Below are positions 14,201-26,500 of a DNA stretch of 64,000 nucleotides, piece after piece (position 1 is the stretch's first letter; every line of letters starts with the position of its first letter). Location: positions 18,405,390 through 18,469,389 of the forward strand of contig NC_069008.1 of the NCBI RefSeq assembly GCF_001194135.2. The letters are read 5' to 3'. The position numbers and the translations under genes are program-made. The notes beneath the pieces are model-generated. The model searched no databases and was not told the DNA's origin. It worked only from the letters and a program-made list of their open reading frames with translations. This DNA is from Octopus bimaculoides (taxonomy: Eukaryota).

Positions 14201-17200
14201 TGATGACAAAGCTCTCAGACAGAGAGATATGGATAGAAAATAATTGGTAAGGCCAAAGACTCAAATTTCATAGTTAAAAGGTTAACCTCTCCCTCTCTTT
14301 CTCTTTCTGGTGTCATGGCCAATTGGATCCAGTCTGAAGCAGATACATGGTTTGATTGCCATCAACGAGTTTGTTCCAAACAGCAAAACAATGATTAAAC
14401 CTTGATTCACTCATTCAATCATCATCATCATCATCATCATCATCGTTTAACGTCCGCTTTCCATGCTAGCATGGGTTGGACGATTTGACTGAGGACTGGT
14501 GCAACCGGATGGCAACACCAGGCTCCAGTCTAATTTGGCAGAGTTTCTACAGCTGGATGCCCTTCCTAACGCCAACCACTCAGAGAGTGTAGTGGGTGCT
14601 TTTACGTGTCACCCGCACGAAAACGGCCACGCTCGAAATGGTGTCTTTTATGTGCCACCCGCACAAGAGCTAGTCCAGGGGCACTGGCAACNNNNNNNNN
14701 NNNNNNNNNNNNNNNNNNNNNNNNNNNNNNNNNNNNNNNNNNNNNNNNNNNNNNNNNNNNNNNNNNNNNNNNNNNNNNNNNNNNNNNNNNNNNNNNNNNN
14801 NNNNNNNNNNNNNNNNNNNNNNNNNNNNNNNNNNNNNNNNNNNNNNNNNNNNNNNNNNNNNNNNNNNNNNNNNNNNNNNNNNNNNNNNNNNNNNNNNNNN
14901 NNNNNNNNNNNNNNNNNNNNNNNNNNNNNNNNNNNNNNNNNNNNNNNNNNNNNNNNNNNNNNNNNNNNNNNNNNNNNNNNNNNNNNNNNNNNNNNNNNNN
15001 NNNNNNNNNNNNNNNGCTTCTTATGTTCAGCTTTTCTCTCAAGATACTTACACTCTGACAGGTATGCACATTTACATTACACATCCAGCGGAGCATACTG
15101 GCTTCATTCCTTGCGAGCTTATGCATGTCCTCAGCAGTCACAGCCCATGTTTCACTGCCATGTAGCATGGCTGTTCGTACACATGCGTCATACAGTCTGC
15201 CTTTTACCCTGAGTGAGAGTCCCTTTGTCGCCAGCAGAGGTAAGAGCTTTCTAAACTTGGCCCAGGCTTTCTTATTCTAGCAGTTACACTTTCAGCGCAC
15301 CCACCCCCACTACTAACTTGGTCACCCAGATAGCGGAAGCTATCAACTACCTCTAGTTTTTCTCCCTGGAATGAGATAGAATGAAATCACACTCTGTTGA
15401 CTGAGAGAAAACGGGATAGATTGGGTAAGAGTGAGAGGTTTTCCTTTTCCTATACAAAGATAAAAACATTACTGAAAGCGAGTGGGATGGCCATAACTGG
15501 AATGCTTTAGATCATAAGTCTGATAAAAGAAAATAGTCTTTGACATACCGATGAGGGCAGTCCTTGCAAATTTTTTGGTCAGAGAAAATTCCTTGAAATT
15601 TACGTTTGAAGATTTCATCTCGTCCGATTCGCTGGAAATGAAAGACAAAAGGTGATTAAGAAATTCCTCACATAACAGAATCAATCGATAGATTACAGCC
15701 AACACTGCATTGGTAAATCAATTCAGATCAATTAATTACATTGAACAACTGTTGTTGTTTCCACACAAATTCCACATTGGACAGAAAAAGAGGGACCAAA
15801 GACTAGTTTCCATCCTTATGAAGATTCATCAGGAACAAACAACCCTTCTCTAAATGGCAGGCAAGAGAAAGCACATCAGACATTTTAAAAAATATAATGC
15901 TCTGAAAGTATTGCTTTTGAAGCCTGGTACTTGTTCCATCGATCTCTTTTGCTGAACCACTAAGTTATGGCGACATAAACACCAACAGTGCTTGTCAAGC
16001 AGTAGAGAGGGACAAACACAGACACACACACATAACTACATATATACACACACACAAAGAATAATGGTTGAAAGCTGTAAAGATTGCTACAGACTCATTT
16101 TTTTCATTTAATGGCCTAGTCATGCTGTAGCAACACTTCAAGGGAACAGCTGTGGCCCCTTGAGCAAATGTTTTTTAATATAAATACTAACATTAATTTA
16201 GCCAATACTAACCATACCCCTAATAATATTAACAAGGTTATTGTCTCTGAAGTCAATTCCAACAGAATTAAGTTTATGTCTAGTAATTCTAAGACTAAAA
16301 ACTCTATATACCAGTGTAAAATTACTTCCGGTACCTTTTTTATATAGGCAGTAGTTCTTCTCAGTTATCCAAAAGAATTTCTAATCATTACTCTACATAT
16401 AGGGATAGTAATAAACGCAACGGTACAGGGCTTAGTAAATTAATCTGGTATCTAAAAGATCATAATAAACAATTTAATTTAGATTGGTTGATTCTCTCCA
16501 TTTCATTCTCAGGCAGGAAAGGTAAGTGTGAAAAGCAAGGTTGGGCCAGTTTGAACCTAAAACAAGAATATTTGAGCTGGATGCAGCTGGTTTAAATGCT
16601 GAAGGGTCAATAGAAATAATAATTTCTAGAAATGCAAACCAATAAAAAGGCAGAGCAGTGAAATTGAAAGGCAGACCCTACTGTCTATATGAAGGCACAT
16701 CACACATTTGACAATGTTAAGAGGATGGGGAGGAGTGTCACTTACTTTCATATGTTCATCGACTTGATCAATAAGAGCTTGGAAGAAATCAAATGCATCT
16801 TGTTGTTCGTGGATATTTATCGTTTGACCCCACAGTTTAAATACTTTCCAAAAACTCTCTGGTTCGTGGTACTGAAGCTTGCTATCAGTCAGATGTCCGA
16901 AAATCTGTTGTACATGGTAATACACACTGCAACAAGAAAAAGATATCCGTGGCAATACAGTTACAGGGTTACTGTTTCTGTGTTAACTGTGAATGTGCCC
17001 CCCCCCCCCAGCTTTGGTGTTCCTTAATTTTGTCAGAGGAAAAAAAGATTTTTAAACCACCTCAGATTGTACAAGAGGAAAAATCATACTTCTTACCTGT
17101 CTTCATCTACTTCCTCTTCATCGACAGACAAAATAAACTCAGAGATGCCAGGTGCCATGTAGATCTGTTGTAGGACGGAGTTCATATAGCAGGTGGCACC

Positions 17201-17517
17201 ACCATTCTTCAGACCAACAAAACCACAATCTGCTCGGCCATCAACAGCAGGCATGTACTGTCAAGAAGGAAAACAGAAAGAGAACGTGTGTAGAGGGCAG
17301 TCAAAGAAATCAGATACAAAAAAAAAATAGAAAAGAATATTTATCTCTGTAAGTTTTCTTTTCTTTCATTCACATTTGGTGAGTGACCAGGAGGAATTGA
17401 TGCCACTGGATGGTGCACAACCACTGGGGTTCCAGTGTGTGTTACATCCACACATTCATGGGCCAGAACTGATGGCCAGACAACAACCCTTCTTTTCTTC
17501 CTGGCTTTTAGCTTTGC

Positions 17518-17556
<39 letters not shown>

Positions 17557-20500
17557 TTCCTGATATTACACACACACACACATATAGATATATTACTGTT
17601 AAGGTAGGATCAACAAAAAAATACTCTATCCAATGAGAGAGAAATATTATTTAGTTTCTTGCCATAGAGGTTCTGTGATTAGGCAGATTTATATAACGAG
17701 TCTTGTGTTGCCAAGCAATCTTCAGGCTCAGGGCACAGGTTAGTTCAATCTTCGGGCTCAGGTTAGTTCTATTTGAAACCCAGACACTTGTATCTCCATG
17801 GTAAGAAACTATTAGTAGTTCTTATTTTAATAGTGCGTACATTAGATATGCACACACACACACAAATTTATGTCCCTCTATAAAGAAAGCAAAACAAGCT
17901 GTGTGTTTACATCTCCTTAACTTAGCAGTTCAGCAAAAAAGTGATGAGAATTGGGGTCAATTCATTTGACAAAACATTCTCCAGGGTAGTACCCCAGCAT
18001 GGCCACAGTCAAATGACTGAAGCAGACAAAAGAGAAAGAGCAAGTGTGTGTGTGTGTGTCACTTACCTCCCACTCGTTGGCACAGTCAGGGTTCGGCATG
18101 TGATGCATCTGAATGAGGCGTTTACAAATCTCCTTCAAATTATTGAATGATTTCTTGGTCAACTCAGTGAGAAGGTCATAGGCTGCAACTCTGGATTCTT
18201 GATTGGTGCATCTGGAGAAAGGATGGAAGCAGCAAGGGAGGAGTTGAGGGTAGAGGCTTCATTGACAACAGGTCACACGGCAACAATAAGGGGCTACATA
18301 ACAAAGTCATATGCTAACAACCACAACAGCTGGGATCATATGTTGGATTCTGTCTGTCTGAATGAGGAGTATTCAGTTTTACAGCCAGCTGGGCCCCAAT
18401 TTAGGAAACTAATGCATAAGTGGCTGAGTATATCACAAACATGTGTACCCTTAACATAACTGAAAGGTAGAGTCAGTGTAAAGGTCTGTCATTTGAATTA
18501 CAGATACAATTGAATTAAAGCTCTCAGTATTCACACTCTCTTGTGCATGAGTGATCACTTAAATGAAGGCTGCCAAAACTCATTCCCGAGTGTGAGTTGA
18601 TATTGCAGCAAACCAAGAAATTATAATGTAATCCAATATCTTAGAAATAAAATCATAATTTATGCTACGAAAGAAACAAAGTCGATTTCAAAGCTCCATG
18701 GTTTGGGCTTTTTGTCCATCAAGGGGCAAAACAAAAGCTACATCTTCATCAGCAAATTTGGACTTAAGTTGTTCACTACAAATTGAACATAAAAAATATT
18801 AGATAATGGGGGAAAGAAGTAAAGCTGTAAATGAAGTTTCCAGCAGAAAAGATGTTCAATTCAATGGAACTAATGCATGTGTGTGTGTATGTACTTCCTC
18901 ATAAATGCATCAGACCACACACAGTCAACCAGTTAATAAGTGCCTTGAATAATGTTCCCTCTCATGTTTTGCTTTGGGTGTCCACAGAAATTAACTTGTA
19001 TGCAAAGTGTGTGTAAGTAACCATTGCTCAAATTTCTTCAACTAAAAGAATTTCCATTTCAATTTGAAAACCTTGTGTGCACAGATTTTTCCTTTGAGCC
19101 CCAGTCATACAACATGTGTGCGTACACAAGCATATAGCTTAGAGGGGACTTTGCCATCATTTTTGGTTTCCTATTGAATCAACCATCACCAGAATCTAGA
19201 CTATACAGGCCCCAACCAAGGGCTCATGGGGTCATCTACAGGGAACTACACTGGGGTCTTTATCCGACTGGAAAGAAGACCAAAGACTAACTGAGGATTA
19301 TTTTTAAGAAAAGCAACATCAGCTCTTCAAGAGTGGAGGCTGTCTCTACCTCCAAGCAGGTACTCAGAGTAATACCTGGTCTCTTCAACCAAACATTCAC
19401 ATGTTCTGCATAAAACTGAAGTTAAATATGAACAACTGAATTGTGCGGTGGATCAAAGGATTCATAATTAAAAGAGAAGAGAGTTTGTCACTGAATTCAA
19501 CAGAAAATCATAAGCAAGGAAAATGTTTGCATTTGAAAACATTATTTGTGAATGTGAATAAACAAATCAGCAAGAAACAATTTGGATTTCAATCCAGCAG
19601 ATAAAAGTGAGGTTGTTGTAGACAGTTTTAGGTACTGTATTGTCCAAATTCTATCAACTTTGGTAAAGGAACAGGCAGCGCATCAGTATGGAAGTAACAG
19701 CTTAAACCCTTACATATGGTAACACAAAATAATTCAGTTATGCAGTCAAAAAAAGTAGTACTCAGGGCTTGATATTTTGGGCTTTTAGCTCTTCATCAAA
19801 AAACAATGTTTAAATGCTGCTTATGCAGTAGGAGTTCAAGCATGAGTGTAGTTAGAGGCTGAGGGTAGCCTGAATAGAGCAATAAGTGAGAGTTTAGTGA
19901 TGGAGTTTTATCTTACTTGGGATTAAAATTATGGAAGAGTCTCTCCGATCTAACATGATTGAAATTGTCCATAATAAGTTTTGATGCTGGAAACAGGAAG
20001 TCATCAAGCAGCTCAGATATCAACTCTTTGCCTGAAAATGCAGAGGTATCAAATTCAAATCACAAGCAAACAGTACCTTTAGAAAATGGTAAGGGGTACC
20101 TCAAACCTTTTGTTGCTCGTCACCCTCTTTTGTCAAACAGTTTTTTTTTTTACAAACATTTATGAAACAAAAGAAAATCTTATTTTAATCCAACAGAAGC
20201 AAAAGTTTATTCTCCATATCTTTTTGCACCTACTCCAAAGGACAAATGTATCTTGGATGACAGGACAACTATATTGGCATTCAGAGAAATATTTGGAAAC
20301 TTACCAAATTCTTCTTTATCAACTTGTTCACAGGTAAACAGTGTTTTACACAATTTCAGGTGACCAGCCATCAGCATGTTTTCTGTGGTACGAAGCTCAA
20401 TGTACTCAGAGGTGACAAAATTACTGAGCCAGTCAATCTCATCACTCAACATAGCCGATGGGTTGACGCCAAACTGGCTTTGCTCAGTCACTGCACAAAA

Positions 20501-23500
20501 GAAAAGAGAAACCACAGAACTTCAAATGAACATTGTCAAGTAAATGAGGTGGGTGGGAGGCATTGAATGTAGAGAGAGAGAGAGAGGTCAACTTCAACAG
20601 AATGTTTTATGTGAATTAGTAAACTCGTTAGAGCAGAGAATAAAATACCTAGTGGTGTTCCGTTATGAGTTCAAATCCCACCAACATCATCTTAACCATT
20701 CATCCATTCCAAGGATCAATAAGACAGAATACCTGGCCAGCGAGTTGTTAGAACATCGTTAGAGATACCTCGTGGTGTTTGATCCCTCCCTTTCTGTTCA
20801 TGCAAGTTGTGTAGTAGACTTAATCCCTCACCTGATCCTGGGGTCACTTTAATGGGGAGGGAGGTACTGTGCTCGAAGTACTGAAGCCAGGTCTCTGGTT
20901 TGAGAATCATGCTTTCCCTCCCCACAAAGTGGACCCTAAAAAATATAAAATATCAAGGGAACTGCCTTTTCCTCCCTGATTAAACAACAATAACAAAAAG
21001 AACTAAAAACCTTCAAACCAACATGGGGTGGTCCCTACACAGCTGCTCAGTAGGCTAGACATAGCAGCCAGGTCTTCATCAGACACACTGAATAATGCAC
21101 ACACATATTATTATATAGTCACAAAAAAGTTTATAGCCCCGTAACTATGGAAAATAAATACTGTTATTCACTTTGCCCAGAAAAAGACAAAAAGACAAGA
21201 GATTGCCCTGACAATTTCATGGCAGTTTAGCTCCTTGCGAGAGGATACAAAAGCTTCATTCCTCTATCCGCACAAAAACCTCTCTGAAATAACAGTACAA
21301 ATTAGATAATTCAACCAAAACAGGGTAGATTCAACTATCTAAGATGAATTTAGTGAAGTTAGGTTATAAGCAAATGGATGTAAATACAGATTTCTCCTCA
21401 CACAACCCAAAAAAAAAAAAAATGGTTTTCTGTTTCTGTTTTTTTTTTTTTTTCAGCTACATTGAATAAAGATCATGGGACAATGGCAAAGGTAAGGGTT
21501 GAAACTATTACCTCATGATTATTACTGAGATGGAACAAAAAAAACAAAAATGAAGCAAAATTGAAGAGAAAAAGTGTAAAAACTTACAAGATAGGTTTTC
21601 CAGCAGACGACATCGAAGTTCAAAGTATTGCGAACATTGATTGAGTAACCTGGGAGGAGCAGGAGGAGGAGGAGGAAGAGGGAAAAAACAGGATTTGTCA
21701 TTAATTAACATCCTCGCTGTCACCATCGTCATCATCATCATCACTATTATTATGATCCCCATTGTTACTATCATCCTCATCATCACCCCACCCCCAGTCA
21801 CTGTCATCTTCATTATGATTCCCACCACCACCACCTCCACCATCATCACTATCTTCACAACCCCCACCCATTCTTCCACCACCGCTATTGCATTACAAAA
21901 GTGCTGTACCCCTACCCCACCCCATCGGGTACATACTACCCCTTACTGACAATGATGGAGCCTTTTTGTTTTCAGTTGTTGATAGCCAGAGAAAGGGCCT
22001 GATGCGCAGAGTGTAACAAAGGTCCACTTGCAACCCCCACCCCCACCCCAACCTTTGACCAATACAAATATTCCTGCAAGCCAAACATGAAACCCCTAAG
22101 GGATCAACTGAGATCAGCAAAATATCCCTGAACCCATTGTCTTAAAAGAGAAAAGGGACACATAAGGTGATGTAGTCTTAGATACACAATGTCAACAACA
22201 AAGAAGGACACATTAGATGATGTAGTCCTAGATACACAATGCCTGAAAAAAAAGATGGATGGTCATGACTGGAATATTTTTGATCACAAGTATGGATCAG
22301 GACTGACCTGGGGTTAAACAACAACAATGAAGGACACATTAGATGATGTAGTCCTAGATACACCATGCCTGAAGGAAGGATGGTAATAGCTCTTTGGTCA
22401 TAGGTCTACTGGATCGAGACTGACCTGGGGCTAAACAGCAATAATCTGAGGACAGTCATGCTAGTAGTTCAATTCTCAGGCAAAGTCAAAAGAACAGCTC
22501 TACCCTGGGACCATAAGACAAAACATTACAATGAGAAGTGATTAGTTGTTGTTAAACTGCACCCACCTTTGATTGCTGCCCCTGATTGTAGTGGAGGAGA
22601 CCCAGAACGGGAGTCGACTCTTGAGCAAGACCTTCAACATGAACTGATGAGGATTGATATTGTTGTCATCGATCTCAGCAGGCAACAGTTCAGTCTGGCT
22701 CAGCTGGTAGAACTGCTCCAGGGCTGCATTTCGAATGTCAAGTTGGGGTGAACCGACCAAAATGTCTGTAATGAAGTCACTGACACACGGCAAACTGTAG
22801 AAGACGGCTACATAAATACAGAACAAATAAAGACTGTTTTAACAACACACAACATGGATGCACACAGCAAAAGATTCATTTCTTAAGTTTTCAAAATTAT
22901 TGTCCCCCCCCCCTTTTCTCTGTTGTTGCTAAGTTTGTTCTTTCTCTTCAACTAAAAGGAAAATATCAGTTTAAAAACAATTATTTTAGTTTTTAGGTCA
23001 TCTGTCATTCAGTTTAGCAGAGCCATTTGATGGTCCCTCATTGCCCTTCATATGGGGCCCACTCTGTTGCAAGTATTAGGGGTCATGGCCCTGGTCTAAG
23101 GAAAGTTTTTTCCTTCCCCCAATTCTTGACCAGTCTTGGAGGCTTTATAAAAGCCATGACCAGACAATAAATGCTGGGATGGTCATGGCTGAAACATCTT
23201 TGATCATAGGTCTGTGATCAGGACTGACCTGGGGTTGAACAATAACAAAGAAGGACACATCAGGTAATGTAGTCCTTGATACACTAGGTCTGAAGACACA
23301 ATGGTCATAGCAGGACCCCCCAAACCCCAGTAATTTCCTAATATTCATCCCAATGATTTTTTTTTTCAGTCTGCAACCATGCTAGGGTACCATCATTAAG
23401 GGGTTTAGTCAATTATATCCCTTATTCTTCCTCTATCAAGAGGGAAACATAGGGTCCATGACTCTTTACAGGGCCACCAACACTGCAGGGAGTTGGAGGT

Positions 23501-26500
23501 GGGGGTGGAGAGGTAAAAATACTGTCACGGTTGACTTTGTCTTTCATCTTTCTGGGTTTGCACTTAAAAAGCACCTTTCGAGTGTGGTCGTTGCCAGTGC
23601 CGCCTGACTGGCTCCCATGCCGGTGGCACATAAAAAGCACCATTCAAGCGTGGTCAATGCCAGTGCCAGTGGCACGTAAAAAACACCCACTACACTCTCA
23701 GAGTGGTTAGCATTAGGAAGGGCATCCAGCTGTAGAAACCTTGCCAAATCAGATTGGAACCTGGTGAAGCCATCTGGTTCACCAGTCCTCAGTCAAATCG
23801 TCCAACCCATGCCAGTATGGAAAGCGGATGTTAAACGATGATGATGAACATAGTTCAAATTCCACCAAGATCAGCTTTGCCTTTCATTCTGTCAGGATTA
23901 ATGAGTACCATAGTCGAGCATTAGGCTCACTTGTCCCCCCGCTTCAAATTGCTGGCCTTGAGGCAAAATGTGAAACCAATATTTAAAAAGAAGACTAACT
24001 ACACTTACAGAGCAGCTCCTTTCGTAGTTTCAGGCAGGTTACAAAAATCTCCAGAGCTTCACATGCAATCTTACAATCTTTGGTACTTGTGTTGGCTTGC
24101 TGGGCACAAACCCCAGCATGAAGGGTTTGGCCCTCACCGTCACTTCCTGTACTACCAGTACTACCTGAAAATACCAGCAAAAGAAATCATTAATGAGATT
24201 TTCATTAATTCTACATAGTAATATATATTTAGCTTAACTCTAATTAATTTTATAATGAACTTTCATGGTTCATTAAAGATCTAAGAATAATGTTCAGTGA
24301 ATTGAATTTATTTTAAGCCGCAATACCATTGAAATCACGGAAGTTCTCTATGGCTCAGCTGTTTTAGCAACACAAAGAGCAGGCTTCCAAAATGACATTT
24401 AACGAAGGGTCTGTACACAGACAGCATAGAGTAGAAAAAGCCTGATGGTCTTGCTGAAGACAGGCAGCCTCATCAGTGCTGGTGCCATTCCACTTTGTAA
24501 AAGGAATGACAAACAAAAGAGACAAACATTAGGTAGACAGGACTCTAGTCTTACCCAGAGACAAAAAATAGTCAAGTACTAGGGCCACAACAGAATGCTT
24601 TGAGTATACTCCGTAAACGAGCAAATGAACAGAGACAATGTAGGGTTTGGGGGCAAGAGAACCCCTCATGTTAATGCCAGGAAAACACACACAGGACACC
24701 CTGTAAGGGGGCTGGTGAGAGAAAAAGAATGGAGTAGAGAGGACAGGACGACCTCTCCAGGGCTGGTGCAACAAGAAAATGCACAAAGCGCCATCTGTAA
24801 TGGGGTTGAAGTTAGGAAGAGGCTAAAGAATAATAGAAACACAAGGAAGATGAGCCCCAGGACCCATTTTCAAGGGCAATAATTTTAAATAAACAACGGT
24901 TTGGACCCTAACGATCATCCAAACCCTTGCCAACATCGAAAGCAAACATAAAAATGATGATCAATACACTACGGCCATGCTGGAGTACTGCAGTCCGACC
25001 CATGCCAGCATGGAAAGCAAACATAACATAATGGTGATACTAAGGGTCAGCTTGGTTGTGTGGTGAAGAAGATTGTTTTGCAATCATGTGGTTTTGGGTT
25101 CAGTCCCACTGTATGGTACCATCTACTAAAGCTTTGGGGCTGACCAATGCCTTGTGAGTAAATTTAGGAGATGGAAACTGTGTGGAAGCCCATCATATAT
25201 GTATGTGAGAGTGTGTGTCTCCACTGCTTGACAATTGGTGTTGGTTTGTTTACACCCCCATAATTTCGCTGTTCAACAAAATAGACCAATAAAATAATTT
25301 CCAGACCCATTTGAACTGGGGTTCAACTAAACTCCTCAAAACGGTGCCCCAGCATAGCCACAGTCCAATGACTGAAAGAAGATCATGGCCCCAAAACATT
25401 GGGCAACCCAAAAACATGACAAAACAATGTTGGCCTGAGGTGTTGCACAAAGACACAAATGGCTGCAAAGCGAAGTTCTTAATCCTATAAGCATAGCATG
25501 TGACTGTATCATGTGATCACACCACATTACCTGTACTACTTTGACGACTGCGTCGGCCTGTGGCAACAGTGCTCTCTCTAATTGGTTGGGGAACGCTCAT
25601 CAAATGAAGGCGACCTGCAGCTGCGGCCCATGTGATGCGCATCAGACAGGCCACTGTCTCTCCAAAATCTTCCACCGACATAGTCTGATAAATAGAAAGG
25701 GAAAAAGGATTAGCTTCATTAAAATCAATTAATTAAGCCCAATTTAAAATCAATTGCAAATTTGATAGTAATTAGATTCTCATGCATAAAGTAAGAAATT
25801 TTATATAAAAATATGAAATCTGAGTTGGGTGGGGGAGGGGATAATAAACAGAACAATAAACATCGGAAGAGAATGAATGAGAGCAACTAACAACTCGTGT
25901 ATACATTTATACATTTGCCTGTATTCTGTAAAACACCAAGAGGGTGTATAAAAGACGGGTGACAAATATCAGGCAATGAGACACAACCATACACGCAGGT
26001 ATGTGTGTGTATGTATGTATATATATATACATACATACATACACAAGTTCCCTTCTCATAATCCCTTGTCTTGTGAGTTACTTGGTGACCCTGCCTGTAC
26101 TGGTGCCACGTTAAAAACATCCATTCCACACTGTGAAGTGGTTGGCATTTGGAAGGGCATCCAAAACTAACTTTATCTGTGCTAGTGTCACGTAAAGAGC
26201 ACCAAGTCCACTCTGCAGAGGGGTTGGCATATTTGGAAGGGCATCCAGCCATAAAATCCCTGCCAAAACAGACACAGCAGCACGGGGTAGTCGGCTCCTG
26301 TCAACTGTCCTACCCATGCATTAATGTCTGTTTTCCATGCTGGCAAGCCAGAAGATTGCACCAGGCTTCAGTGTCTACTTTGGCATGGTTCTCTACAGCT
26401 GGATGCCCTTCAAAATGCCAACCACTTCAGTGTGGGCTGGATGCTTCCTACAAGGCACCAATACTGGTGGTGGTCACCAAGTAACTCAAGACAAAGATCC

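Noticed and set aside
21508-21949. Long hydrophobic ORFs on both strands
   Set aside because: Produced by degenerate (CAT/CAC)n low-complexity sequence overlapping the 62-nt exon 33.
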